The position numbers were made by a program, and so were the translations under genes. From positions 768,001-832,000 of the forward strand of contig CBDBKE010000004.1 in assembly GCA_965206645.1 (NCBI GenBank): 64,000 bases of DNA, in the 5' to 3' direction. The notes under the pieces are model-generated. The model had not been told where the DNA came from and ran no database searches. It worked only from the letters and a program-made list of their open reading frames with translations. Below are positions 1 to 9,004 of this stretch, in pieces. Numbering within the stretch: position 1 is the stretch's first letter; every line of letters starts with the position of its first letter. The DNA is from Terriglobia bacterium (GTDB taxonomy: Bacteria > Acidobacteriota > Terriglobia > JAJPHL01 > JAPKYU01).

Positions 1-552
1 CAGTCCGACGCAACGGCTCTGGTAGTGGACTTGTCCGCCGACGACCTGCTGGAGGAGGTGGAAACCACGCAACTGCTTCTAGGGAAGCAAAACGTCCGTA
101 TTGGAGTGCCGACCACGGCCGCCCCCGCGTTGGGAGCGGCCGTGAAGCGCACGCTGTTGGTGGGCAACAAGGTCGACCAACCCGGTGCTGAGGGAAATTT
201 CGCCGCGCTGCGCGACCTGCTGGAGGAAAGTTCAACCGGCTGGTGTGCGGTCACCATGGTGGCGATATCGGCGGAAACAGGCGCCGGACTGGAGACGTTC
301 AAGCGCGCCGTGTTCGACCTGCTGGAAGTGATCCGCGTCTTCACCAAGGCTCCCGGGAAGAAGCCCGACCTTGCGGCGCCTTATGTACTGAAGCGCGGCT
401 CCACTGTGTTCGAAGCCGCCCAGCACGTGCACAAGGATTTTGCTTCCCAGCTCAAATTCGCCCGCATCTGGGGACACGGCAAGTTCGGAGGTCAGATGGT
501 CCAGCGGGACTACGTGCTGGCTGACGGAGACATCCTCGAGCTCCACATCTAG
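1..552 (+). CDS. DRG/Obg-family GTPase with C-terminal TGS domain (5' truncated by window)
   Basis: Frame open from base 1. G4-like NKVD, G5-like ISA, TGS-type tail (VHKDFASQLKFARIWG...LADGDILELHI). Confidence 0.85.
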   Translation, partial: QSDATALVVDLSADDLLEEVETTQLLLGKQNVRIGVPTTAAPALGAAVKRTLLVGNKVDQPGAEGNFAALRDLLEESSTGWCAVTMVAISAETGAGLETFKRAVFDLLEVIRVFTKAPGKKPDLAAPYVLKRGSTVFEAAQHVHKDFASQLKFARIWGHGKFGGQMVQRDYVLADGDILELHI

Positions 553-680
553 GTTGGTATGCAGTCCCAGACATTCGTCACTTGAATCAGCGACTTTTTC
601 AAAAGAGTCATCAGAAACCAGGATTAAGAAAATGTATGTGCGCGCCAGGAGATCAGCCGGCGGAGCAGGCATCGCTTGGG

Positions 681-860
681 CTAGCCGTGGCCGAACCTCA
701 TCAACCAGCCCAGGACGAACACCACACCCAGGAAAGCGGCAAAGCACAAAGCTCCGTAGGTCAGGCGTTCGCGGATCGTGTCCTTGCTGATCACCGCGAA
801 CACGACGGAGGTGAAGAAGGCGAAAATCGTCGCTGCCTGAAGATGAGTCAGGTTGAGCAT
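681..860 (-). CDS. Small two-TM membrane protein, 59 aa (absent from ORF track)
   Basis: Hand translation from ATG(860) to TAG(681): MLNLTHLQAATIFAFFTSVVFAVISKDTIRERLTYGALCFAAFLGVVFVLGWLMRFGHG. Co-directional and directly downstream of the DUF6677 gene. Confidence 0.7.
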   Translation of the reverse strand: MLNLTHLQAATIFAFFTSVVFAVISKDTIRERLTYGALCFAAFLGVVFVLGWLMRFGHG

Positions 861-892
861 CGGCCAGCTTCCATCAAACGTTTACCGGCAGG

Positions 893-1300
893 TCAATCCT
901 TTCTCCTCATCGCGATGTCATAGGCGTCAAGCATAGCCAGGGCGTTGAGCAAGCCTGCCGTCAACAGGAACTTGGTGCCGTAGTCGGCAGCGGCAGAGGG
1001 TGGTTCCGGCATGTCATAGCTGAAGAATTTGGCCACCAGGTAGAGACCGCCGGCACCCAGGTCCGCCAGCCAGGCCAGCGTGTCCACGATGTCGCCGGGG
1101 TTATAGCGATACATCTTGCCGCGCATCGCCAGTCCCAGCAAGAACATTGTGACGACCGAAACCAGCAGCAGCGCGCCGCGTCCCCATTTCCGCTGCCAGA
1201 AGTGCCCGCCGCCGGGCACGAGCCAGCCCGCCAACACTGGCAAATAAGCGGCATAGTTTCTTTTTGCGCGCTCCGTTGTTTCAGATTTCTTGCTCATCAT
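893..1300 (-). CDS. DUF6677-like membrane protein
   Basis: GWLVPGGGHF and AGLLNALAMLDAYD motifs, hydrophobic segments. ATGA overlap with the upstream peptidase. Confidence 0.75.
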   Translation of the reverse strand: MMSKKSETTERAKRNYAAYLPVLAGWLVPGGGHFWQRKWGRGALLLVSVVTMFLLGLAMRGKMYRYNPGDIVDTLAWLADLGAGGLYLVAKFFSYDMPEPPSAAADYGTKFLLTAGLLNALAMLDAYDIAMRRKD

Positions 1301-2493
1301 GACCCGGGCGTAATCCAGACAATTTCCCGCTGGATGGCGCCAGTCACTCGGGCATCTTGCTCATCCACGTACACGTTGACCTCGCTACGCACGCCGAATT
1401 CAGGCAGGTAGATGCCCGGCTCGACAGAAAAACAGGTTCGCAGGAAGATTTCGCGTTCGTCTTTCGTCTCCAAATTGTCGAGGTTAGCACCGTTGCCGTG
1501 CACCGACTCTCCCAGGGAGTGGCCGGTGCGGTGGAGAAAATATTCACCGTAGCCCCGCGCGGCGATGAAGCTCCGGACGGCCTGGTCCACCTCCCAGCCG
1601 CGTACCGGACGTTTCTGGCGGACCGCTGAAACGACGAATTCCACCCCCAGGTCGCGCGCCTCACGGACGATCTCGAAAATCCGGCGAAACTTTTCCGGCG
1701 GCTCGTTGTCCGCCGAGCTGCGGCCCACATACCCCACCCAGGTGACATCGTAATAGACGGCCCCGGGCCGGTTCTGCTTGCCCCACACATCGAGCAGCAC
1801 GAAATCGCCGCGGCGGATCGTCGCCGAGCCCTCGCGGCGCGGCTCGTAGTGCGGGTTGCCGCTGTTCTGGTTCACGGCCACAATCGGCACCTCACCCGTA
1901 ACCAACCCGGCGACCTGGAATTTCTCAAGAATGTATTGCTGGATGGCGAACTCGTCGGTGGGAACGCGGCGGCCGATTTCGGCGAAAGCAAGCGGCACAA
2001 TCTCGTCAATGGCGCGTCCAGCCGACAGGTGTGATTCCAGCGCTTCCGGAGTCCAACACGCTTCGAACATCTGCACCAGGTCCGCGGAGGAGACCACCTC
2101 TGTGCCAAAGCTGCGCACCATCTCTACTGTGCCTGCATCCACCAGCCCCACCAAGGGCAGCAGGTTGTTGGGAGAATACTGCATCGCCACCCGGCGCCGC
2201 CCGCGCACCATCTCCTCCACGCCGCTGCCCAGTTCCTGCCAGGAGGAGTAGGACCGCGCGCGTCCGGGCAGCGCGTCCAGTTGTGCGGCCTCGATACGGT
2301 GAACCAGCTTGAGAGGCTCACCCTCGCCCGGCACCAGGTAGAACCAGCGCCGGGTAGCCAGAGCGTTTTCATCCAGCCCCAGCACCCGGTAGGCGATCGG
2401 GTCGCGGTGATGGTGGTCGTAGAAGAGCCAGCCGTCCAGTTTCCGCTCCCGCAGCGCCTGCTGGATGAGCGCCATCCGGTTGAGATCAGTCAT
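1297..2493 (-). CDS. M24 family (Xaa-Pro) aminopeptidase
   Basis: Metal-site motifs LLDVWGK, YYDVTW, HRTGHSLG, SVEPGIY, RSE. Start placed at ATG 2493, which overlaps the symporter stop. Confidence 0.9.
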   Translation of the reverse strand: MTDLNRMALIQQALRERKLDGWLFYDHHHRDPIAYRVLGLDENALATRRWFYLVPGEGEPLKLVHRIEAAQLDALPGRARSYSSWQELGSGVEEMVRGRRRVAMQYSPNNLLPLVGLVDAGTVEMVRSFGTEVVSSADLVQMFEACWTPEALESHLSAGRAIDEIVPLAFAEIGRRVPTDEFAIQQYILEKFQVAGLVTGEVPIVAVNQNSGNPHYEPRREGSATIRRGDFVLLDVWGKQNRPGAVYYDVTWVGYVGRSSADNEPPEKFRRIFEIVREARDLGVEFVVSAVRQKRPVRGWEVDQAVRSFIAARGYGEYFLHRTGHSLGESVHGNGANLDNLETKDEREIFLRTCFSVEPGIYLPEFGVRSEVNVYVDEQDARVTGAIQREIVWITPGS

Positions 2494-3953
2494 GCGCTCG
2501 CACCCTCCGCGGCCTGGAAGAACGGCCGCCACTGCTCCTCGCGCGGGGGCGGCGTCGCCAAGCTGACCAGCACCAGGCAAAGCAGCGAGCCGAGCAACGC
2601 GGGATAGATCGCCTCGATGCCGGCCACGAACTGCGCTACCGCCTGTAAACCCTCGGCGGCCGCGGCCGGGTTGGCCAGCCGCGCCGTCAGGTTCCAGCCC
2701 ACCGTGATGACGGTGCCAACCGCTATGGAGGAGACCGCGCCGGCCCCATTGGCCCGCTTCCAGAAAAATACAGCCATCACCACCGGAGTAATGCCGGCGC
2801 TGTAGACAGTGTACGCATAGAGGGCCATGGCCAGGATTGAGGGCAAGAAACTCTGCAAGCCTACAGCGAAAAGACCCAGCAGGAGAACCATTGCGCGCGA
2901 CACCCAGATGAGCCGCGCCTGTCCCGCGCTGGGGTTGATAAAGCGCTGGTAAATATCGTGCACCAGGTTGGTGGCTGGAGAAAACAGGTAGTTGTTGGCC
3001 GTCGCCATGACCTTGGCGAAAATACCGCCCAGCATCACCGCCCCCAGCAGCGCCGGCAGGCCTCGCCGGACGGTGACCGGGATGATGTCGTGCGGGTTGA
3101 CGTCGCGGTACAGGGCGCTGCCCACCACGGCAATCAGCAGGATGATCGTCTCCAGCAAGACCGTGCCCACGATCCAGCCCACCACCGAGAGCCGGGCATC
3201 GCGCTCGCTTCGGGCCGAGAAGAACTTCTGGTACATGCTCTGGTTGCCAAGCAACAGCAGCATGCTGGGCAGGAAGAACCCCAGCGCGTTGCGCAACGAC
3301 AGCCGTCCCATGGGCGTGAAGTGCTCGGCAGGCAGAGCCGCCTGCAGGCCCTCCCAACCGCCGACCCGGCCCAGCAGCAACGGGAGAGCAATGACTGCCG
3401 AAATGCTCACGAGCAGGCCGATCACCAGGTCCAGATAGGCTACCGAGGACATCCCGGCCAGCGCGGTGAACAGAATCACGAAGCCAGCGACAATATACAT
3501 CCCGGTGCGCGCCGGCACCTCAGGGAAGATCAGGTGCAGCACCTCGCCCCCGCCTCGGAACTGGTAGCTGGTGATGGCCGTGTAAGCCAGCAGGATGGCG
3601 ATCGTGGCCGCGACCCGCGCCGTGACATTGAAGCGCGTCTCCAGCAGGTCCGGCACGGTGAATTGAGCGAAGCGGCGGGCGCGTCCGGCAATCATCGCGA
3701 TCACCAGCAACCCGGCCCAGCCACCGGCCGGCAGCCATAGCGCGGATAGCCCGTTGCGAAAGGCGTTTTCCCCGCCGGCAAACAGCGTACCCGCCCCAAT
3801 CCAGGACGACAGCAGCGTGAAGACCAACACTGGCCACGCCAGACTGCGCCCAGCCACCGTGAAATCGGCCTGCGTCTTCACCGTGCGCGCCCGCGCCAAG
3901 CTGACCACCAGCATGGTGGCTACGATCAGGACCAGGACAATGATGTAGAGCAC
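2490..3953 (-). CDS. Sodium:solute symporter (SSS) family protein
   Basis: About 13 TM segments; DFTVAGRSL, TVPDLLETRF, MYQKFFSARS motifs. Confidence 0.9.
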   Translation of the reverse strand: MLYIIVLVLIVATMLVVSLARARTVKTQADFTVAGRSLAWPVLVFTLLSSWIGAGTLFAGGENAFRNGLSALWLPAGGWAGLLVIAMIAGRARRFAQFTVPDLLETRFNVTARVAATIAILLAYTAITSYQFRGGGEVLHLIFPEVPARTGMYIVAGFVILFTALAGMSSVAYLDLVIGLLVSISAVIALPLLLGRVGGWEGLQAALPAEHFTPMGRLSLRNALGFFLPSMLLLLGNQSMYQKFFSARSERDARLSVVGWIVGTVLLETIILLIAVVGSALYRDVNPHDIIPVTVRRGLPALLGAVMLGGIFAKVMATANNYLFSPATNLVHDIYQRFINPSAGQARLIWVSRAMVLLLGLFAVGLQSFLPSILAMALYAYTVYSAGITPVVMAVFFWKRANGAGAVSSIAVGTVITVGWNLTARLANPAAAAEGLQAVAQFVAGIEAIYPALLGSLLCLVLVSLATPPPREEQWRPFFQAAEGASA

Positions 3954-3955
3954 AA

Positions 3956-4237
3956 CTAGGTCTTCTTGTTCTCGATTTCCTGGAACAGCAGTGACTCTTC
4001 GCCTCCCGCTGCCTCCACTTCCACGACTTTATGCGGCGAACGGTGCCCGGAGACGATCTGGACGGCCGAGCGTGGCACACGCCACATGGTAGCGAGAAAC
4101 TCGATGAGTGCGCGGTTGGCTTTGCCCTCCACTGCCGGCGTGGCGATCTCCACTTTCCACTCCTCTCCCAGTTTTCCCGCCACGCGCGAGCGCCGCGCGC
4201 CAGCGCGAACTTTGACGCGCAGCCGCATCACGTTCAT
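3956..4237 (-). CDS. yggU: DUF167/UPF0235 (YggU-like) protein
   Basis: PAVEGKANRALIEFLA...IVSGHRSPHK. ATGA overlap with the yggS stop. Confidence 0.85.
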   Translation of the reverse strand: MNVMRLRVKVRAGARRSRVAGKLGEEWKVEIATPAVEGKANRALIEFLATMWRVPRSAVQIVSGHRSPHKVVEVEAAGGEESLLFQEIENKKT

Positions 4238-4953
4238 CCCGGAGCCGGCCGCGCGGGGCGTGGGCGTTCTCCGAAAATCGCAGTGCCCACACGCAGGACC
4301 GTCGCCCCCTCTTCGACTGCCACTTCCAAGTCGTGGCTCATGCCCATAGACAGCTCTTCGAGGCTCAGCCGCTCGGCCCACTGGCGCAGCCGCCGGAAGT
4401 AAGGCCGTGCCGCTTCCGGATCCTCAGTGAAAGGCGGCATAGTCATCAGCCCGCGCAGTTCCAGGTGGGGCAGCGCCGCCACCTCACGCGCCAGTTCCGG
4501 CAGTGCCTCCTCCGGACAGCCAGCCTTAGCGAGCTCCGGGCTCAGCTTCACCTGAAGGAACACCGGAAGTGCACCCACCTCGTCGGCATTCGAGCTGCCG
4601 CTCGCCACCGCCTCGTTCAAGCGGTGTGCCAGGTGCGTGCTGTCCACGGTCTCAATGACGCGGAACAGCTGGACCGCGCGCCGGGCTTTGTTCGATTGCA
4701 GGTGCCCCACCAGGTGCCACTCGGCACCGGCGAGTTCCAGCAGTGGCCGCTTCTGCTCGAACTCCTGGATGCGATTTTCGCCGAAATGCCGCTGGCCGGC
4801 CTCATAGGCCTCGCGGATGCGCTCAGGTGGCTGGGTCTTGGTCACCGCCAACAGCAGCACCTCCCGGCGCGGCACGCCGGCGCGCACGGCGCCCCCCAGC
4901 GCGCGCTCGACGCGCGCCCGCACCGCAGCCAGGTTTTCACGGATGGAAGACAC
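4234..4953 (-). CDS. yggS: Pyridoxal phosphate homeostasis protein
   Basis: LAVTK, FGENRIQE, WHLVGHLQSNK, LSMGMSHD, RVGTAIFG. GTG start at 4953 assumed. Confidence 0.95.
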   Translation of the reverse strand: MSSIRENLAAVRARVERALGGAVRAGVPRREVLLLAVTKTQPPERIREAYEAGQRHFGENRIQEFEQKRPLLELAGAEWHLVGHLQSNKARRAVQLFRVIETVDSTHLAHRLNEAVASGSSNADEVGALPVFLQVKLSPELAKAGCPEEALPELAREVAALPHLELRGLMTMPPFTEDPEAARPYFRRLRQWAERLSLEELSMGMSHDLEVAVEEGATVLRVGTAIFGERPRPARPAPG

Positions 4954-5003
4954 GCCTGCCCGGCAAACTGAAAATTCTATCATGCTATGATGAGCGCTCT
5001 GCC

Positions 5004-5669
5004 ATGTCGGATCGTCGCGGTAAATTCATTACCTTCGAAGGCATTGACGGCTCAGGAAAGACCACTCAACTGGAGATGCTGGCCGAACGCTTGCGGGACC
5101 GCGGCATTGCGGTGACCACGGCGAAGGAGCCGGGAGGTACGCCGGTCGGCGCGGCCATACGTCGCATCCTGCTGGATTCAGCGACAGCGCGCCTGTCGCC
5201 TTTAGCCGAGCTGCTGCTCTATTTCGCCTCCAGGACGCAGAACCTGGAGGAAATCATCCGGCCGGCGCTCGAGGAGAGGCGAGTGGTACTCTGTGACCGT
5301 TACGTGGATGCCTCGGCTGCTTATCAGGGGTGTGGGCGCGGCCTGGGCACGGAACTGGTCTCCGAGGTGGAGCGGATTGCCTGCGGCGGCCTGAAGCCCG
5401 ACCTGACCTTCCTGCTGGACATCGAGCCCGCCACCAGCGTGGCGCGGGCGTTGGAGCGAAATCGCAGCAGCACGGCGGCCGGCCAGCAAGATGAGAGCCG
5501 GTTCGAGCAGGAAAGCCCGGAGTTTTTTGAGCGCGTCCGCCGCGGCTACCTGGACATCGCCGCCCACGAGCCCGGCCGCGTGGTGGTGGTCCCCGGCGAG
5601 CGCACCCGCCAGGCGATTCACGCTGACATCTGGCAGCAGGCGAGGCGGCTGCTAGGAATTTCAGATTGA
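5004..5669 (+). CDS. tmk: Thymidylate kinase
   Basis: FITFEGIDGSGKTTQ, EPGGT, LCDRYVDASAAYQG. Confidence 0.96.
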   Translation: MSDRRGKFITFEGIDGSGKTTQLEMLAERLRDRGIAVTTAKEPGGTPVGAAIRRILLDSATARLSPLAELLLYFASRTQNLEEIIRPALEERRVVLCDRYVDASAAYQGCGRGLGTELVSEVERIACGGLKPDLTFLLDIEPATSVARALERNRSSTAAGQQDESRFEQESPEFFERVRRGYLDIAAHEPGRVVVVPGERTRQAIHADIWQQARRLLGISD

Positions 5670-5747
5670 AGGGTGTGAAACCGGCTCGGGCGTTGTGTTT
5701 TGGAACTGACGGCGTTGGGGGCTGATCTCCCACCGGCAGGTGTTCTT

Positions 5748-5780
5748 CAATCGTAAATCCGAAATCTGAAATCCGAAGTC
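5748..5780. repeat. Degenerate heptamer tandem repeat (AAATCCG/AAATCTG)
   Basis: caatcgt-aaatccg-aaatctg-aaatccg-aagtc between tmk and holB; a complementary ATTTCAGATT lies at 5658-5667. Confidence 0.6.
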
Positions 5781-5786
5781 ACTGAG

Positions 5787-6905
5787 ATGGGTTGGGAACG
5801 CTTTCGTGGTAACAGCGCCATCGTGGCCTCCGTGCGGCGGATGATCCGCAGCCGACGGCTGCCCCACAGCTTGGCCCTGGCGGGTCCGCCCGGCGTGGGC
5901 AAGCACACGATGGCGACCATGGTGGCGCGGACGATCAACTGTTTGGATAAAACCGCCTACGAGCGGGCCGACTTCTGCGGCGAATGCTGGAATTGCAAGG
6001 CCATTGCTGAACTGGAAACTTACGAGGACCACCCGGAGTTGGGCAAAATCGTGGCCGAACGGCCGCGGCTGTCGCTGCAGGAACGCAAAGAGAACCCGCT
6101 GCTGCTAAGTACTCACCCGGACATCTTCGTGTTGCCGCCGGACGGCAAGGCGCAGCAAATCTCCATTCACCAGGTGCGCCGGATGATCGCGCTGGCGCAA
6201 TACCGGCCTTCCCGGGCACGGCAGCGCGTGTTCATTTTGGACAATGTCGACCGCACCGACGAAGTTGCAACCAGCGCCATGCTGAAAATCCTGGAAGAGC
6301 CGCCGGCGGATACTCTGCTGCTGCTGACTGCAGTCTCCTACTTCCGGCTGCTCCCGACGGTGCGGTCGCGGGCCTTTCCCCTGCATCTGGCGCCGCTCGG
6401 AAGCGAGGAAGTGGAGCGGCTGCTGGAGGCGCTGCCGTGGAGCCCGGCCGAGAAACGGCTGGCGGCCCGGCTCTCCGAGGGCAGCCCCGGGATTGCCCGC
6501 CGAATGGATCTGGAGGAATCGCGGCGCCTGCGCGGAGAACTGCTGGCGCTGCTCCGCGACGGGCTCGAAAGCCGCAACTTCGGCGGCTTGTTCGCGCGCA
6601 CACAAAGCCTGGCGCAAGCCCGGGAAGAAAAACTTGAAAAACTGCTTGGTCTCTTTTATAGTCTGTTCCACGACGTTTTGTACCTCGTCGTGAGCCGGGA
6701 AACCGGAGCTCCGAGTCGCCCCCTGCGCAACCTGGATCTGGAGAAAGAACTGGCTGGGATCGCGCGCCATGTGGACTGGGAGTGGATCAGGCGTGCCACA
6801 GGGCGGCTCGATCGCCTGGATCGCCTGCTCCGGAGAAACATTAACAAGCAGGTAGCCCTGGAAGCATTGGCGGTATCGCTCCGCCGGGAGCGGACAGGTC
6901 TGTGA
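5787..6905 (+). CDS. holB: DNA polymerase III delta' subunit
   Basis: GPPGVGK, Zn motif C...CGECWNC, HPD, LKILEEPP, LLPTVRSR; follows tmk. Confidence 0.92.
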   Translation: MGWERFRGNSAIVASVRRMIRSRRLPHSLALAGPPGVGKHTMATMVARTINCLDKTAYERADFCGECWNCKAIAELETYEDHPELGKIVAERPRLSLQERKENPLLLSTHPDIFVLPPDGKAQQISIHQVRRMIALAQYRPSRARQRVFILDNVDRTDEVATSAMLKILEEPPADTLLLLTAVSYFRLLPTVRSRAFPLHLAPLGSEEVERLLEALPWSPAEKRLAARLSEGSPGIARRMDLEESRRLRGELLALLRDGLESRNFGGLFARTQSLAQAREEKLEKLLGLFYSLFHDVLYLVVSRETGAPSRPLRNLDLEKELAGIARHVDWEWIRRATGRLDRLDRLLRRNINKQVALEALAVSLRRERTGL

Positions 6906-7074
6906 GCTGCGGCGCCGCGACTCGTTCCTGTTGCACGGCGGCGGCCGACTGTGATAGGTTGGCTTTAACGACATCCCAAGTTCTGCAATCTAGTATGGAG
7001 TCCGGGTTGGTCCCCTCCGAGCCGGTCAGTGGCGGGATGCGGAGTGCAAAAGGAAACCAGCAAGGAGCAATAGG

Positions 7075-7398
7075 GTGAATCGCAAACTTATCCGCCCATC
7101 CCTGACGGAGATCAAGGAGCAGTCTCCGGACCGCCCCCCGCGTAAGAAGCCCACGCCTCCGGAAACCACCAACGCTGAAAATTTTTACTATGTCAAGCAG
7201 ATGCAGGCCCACACATCAATGGTGGTGGTGTTGCAAGACGGCGAACAGATTCGAGGTGTGATCGAGTGGTACGACAAGAACTGCATTAAAGTGAATCGAG
7301 TGACGGGGCCGAACCTGCTCATCTACAAGCCGACCATCAAGTATCTCTTCAAGGAGCAAGATCAGCAGAACAACACGGAAGAAAATACAGGCGCCTGA
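7075..7398 (+). CDS. Hfq-like (Sm-fold) RNA chaperone
   Basis: Sm1/Sm2-like VVVLQDGEQIRGVIEWYD and LLIYKPTIKY. AAGGAG RBS precedes the GTG. Confidence 0.75.
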   Translation: MNRKLIRPSLTEIKEQSPDRPPRKKPTPPETTNAENFYYVKQMQAHTSMVVVLQDGEQIRGVIEWYDKNCIKVNRVTGPNLLIYKPTIKYLFKEQDQQNNTEENTGA

Positions 7399-7448
7399 AC
7401 GGCATTCGTCTGGTGACCTGGCGGAGCCTGTTCCCTGTTCGCTTAGGG

Positions 7449-7925
7449 CTAGCTCTGCCTGTCCCGCTGCTCCAGCCGGTAGCGGCGGCGAGCTTCAGCT
7501 TGCTGGTAACGCCGCTTTTGTTCCTCGGTTTCGGGAATCACCGGCGGGATGGCCGTCGGCTTCCCTTCCCTGTCCAAAGCCACCATCGTCACGTAGGCCG
7601 AGCTGGTCGGCCGGCGCTCTCCGGTTAGCGGGTTCTCGCTGAACACTTTTACGCCTACTTCCATCGAACTGCGGAAGACGCGGTTCACGGAGGCTTTCAG
7701 CAGGACCAGCTCGCCGACCCGGATCGGATGGCGGAAATCCACGTGGTCCAGCGACGCGGTGACCACGAAGCGGCCGGCGTGGCGCTGGGCGGCAATGGCT
7801 GCCGCGATGTCTACCAAGTGGAGAACCTTGCCTCCCAGGATGTCTCCCAACGGATTGGCATCGTTGGGCAGCACCATCTCGACCATCTCTGTCTGGGACT
7901 CGCAAACGGGCTTGCCTTCGTGCAT
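7449..7925 (-). CDS. Acyl-CoA thioesterase (YciA-type hotdog fold)
   Basis: VLPNDANPLGDILGG, VTASLDHVDF, SSMEVGVKV. Confidence 0.92.
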   Translation of the reverse strand: MHEGKPVCESQTEMVEMVLPNDANPLGDILGGKVLHLVDIAAAIAAQRHAGRFVVTASLDHVDFRHPIRVGELVLLKASVNRVFRSSMEVGVKVFSENPLTGERRPTSSAYVTMVALDREGKPTAIPPVIPETEEQKRRYQQAEARRRYRLEQRDRQS

Positions 7926-7966
7926 AGGCTTGGGATTTCAGTATCTCTCAGTTCCGGTCAGCCCCG

Positions 7967-8005
7967 CCAGACCAGGCTACTAGGCCAGGCTACCAGACCA
8001 GACTA
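7967..8005. repeat. 13-bp tandem repeat x3 (CCAGACCAGGCTA)
   Basis: ccagaccaggcta / ctaggccaggcta / ccagaccagacta. Confidence 0.75.
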
Positions 8006-8029
8006 TTGGTTGGACCACCTGTCCCGACA

Positions 8030-8470
8030 TCAACTGCTGGCCGCTGAAGCTTTGCGCCTTCGGTAAGCACCCAGGTATACCAGCGCTTGCCGGCGAAGGT
8101 TGCGGTCGGCGGGAGGTGTCGCCCAGCCCTGCCGGGCCGGCAAATACTCCAGCGTACCGTGGCTGAAGGGGCGGTAGTCACGCTCCTGCACGTAGGTGAT
8201 CGCCACGCGGTCGGGTGTGTCCCGGCTCAGAGCAAACCGCGCTGCGTCAACTTGGCAGCCCTGGGGAAAGCGCGGGCATTTGCCGCGCACGTAGCCCAGG
8301 TTGCACAGGTTCTTCAGTTCCTCGGCCTTGGGATGATAAGGCACGGCTTTAGCGCGACACTCCCCCTGAAAGGGATCCCCGAGCGGCATGGGCCGATCGG
8401 TTCGCCAGCGTTGCTCAACTAAGTGTTGCCCAACTACAGGCTCGGTCGGATAGAAGAACGGGCAAGCCAT
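8030..8470 (-). CDS. Cys-rich hypothetical protein
   Basis: MACPFFYP...GECRA...LCNLGYVRGKCPRFP. Start placed at ATG 8470. Confidence 0.7.
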   Translation of the reverse strand: MACPFFYPTEPVVGQHLVEQRWRTDRPMPLGDPFQGECRAKAVPYHPKAEELKNLCNLGYVRGKCPRFPQGCQVDAARFALSRDTPDRVAITYVQERDYRPFSHGTLEYLPARQGWATPPADRNLRRQALVYLGAYRRRKASAASS

Positions 8471-8485
8471 CAGACTGCTCTCCGT

Positions 8486-8520
8486 CCAAAGTCGCCAAAG
8501 TCGCCCGAAGTCGAAAGTCG
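8486..8520. repeat. Degenerate 9-bp tandem repeat (CCAAAGTCG) x4
   Basis: ccaaagtcg ccaaagtcg cccgaagtcg aaagtcg in a divergent intergenic region. Confidence 0.65.
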
Positions 8521-8593
8521 CAAGCCTGAAGTGGCCCTTGCTGTCAGCCACCCCGTGTGGACCCTGGACCGGGTATGATATGCTGGCTGGCCC

Positions 8594-8962
8594 ATGAGTT
8601 CAAAGCCAGAACCCCCGATCACGAAACCACGACTGGAACTGTTGCAGGAGATGGCCGCGCAGGACCCGCAAAATACTTTCCTGCGCTATGGCCTGGCCCA
8701 AGAGTACGCGAACAGCGGGTGCCTCCAAGAAGCCATCGCGGAGTTCGGCCGATTGCTGGAGGTCAACCCTGACTATGAGGCAGCCTACTTCCACGGCGGC
8801 CGGGCTCTTGAGAACTTGGAGCGCCTGGAAGAGGCGCGCCAGATGTACCAGCGCGGCATCGAGGTTTGCGGGCGCACAGGAAACCAGCATACTGGCTCCG
8901 AGATGCAGGCGGCACTGGACGAACTCCTCCAGCGATTGAACCGACCTGCTGGCAGCGGTTGA
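8594..8962 (+). CDS. Tetratricopeptide repeat protein
   Basis: DPQNTFLRYGLAQEY, NPDYEAAYFHGGRAL TPR pattern. Confidence 0.85.
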   Translation: MSSKPEPPITKPRLELLQEMAAQDPQNTFLRYGLAQEYANSGCLQEAIAEFGRLLEVNPDYEAAYFHGGRALENLERLEEARQMYQRGIEVCGRTGNQHTGSEMQAALDELLQRLNRPAGSG

Positions 8963-8981
8963 ACCGACCCGCTGGCAGCGG
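8936..8981. repeat. 23-bp tandem duplication spanning the TPR gene stop
   Basis: ttgaaccgacctgctggcagcgg + ttgaaccgacccgctggcagcgg (1 mismatch). Confidence 0.85.
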
Positions 8982-9004
8982 GTAGGTCCACCCCACATCC
9001 TCTC

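Noticed and set aside
2494-3357. N-terminal extension of the 686-aa ORF 1297..3357
   Set aside because: It is an alternative frame of the symporter gene; peptidase homology starts at ATG 2493.
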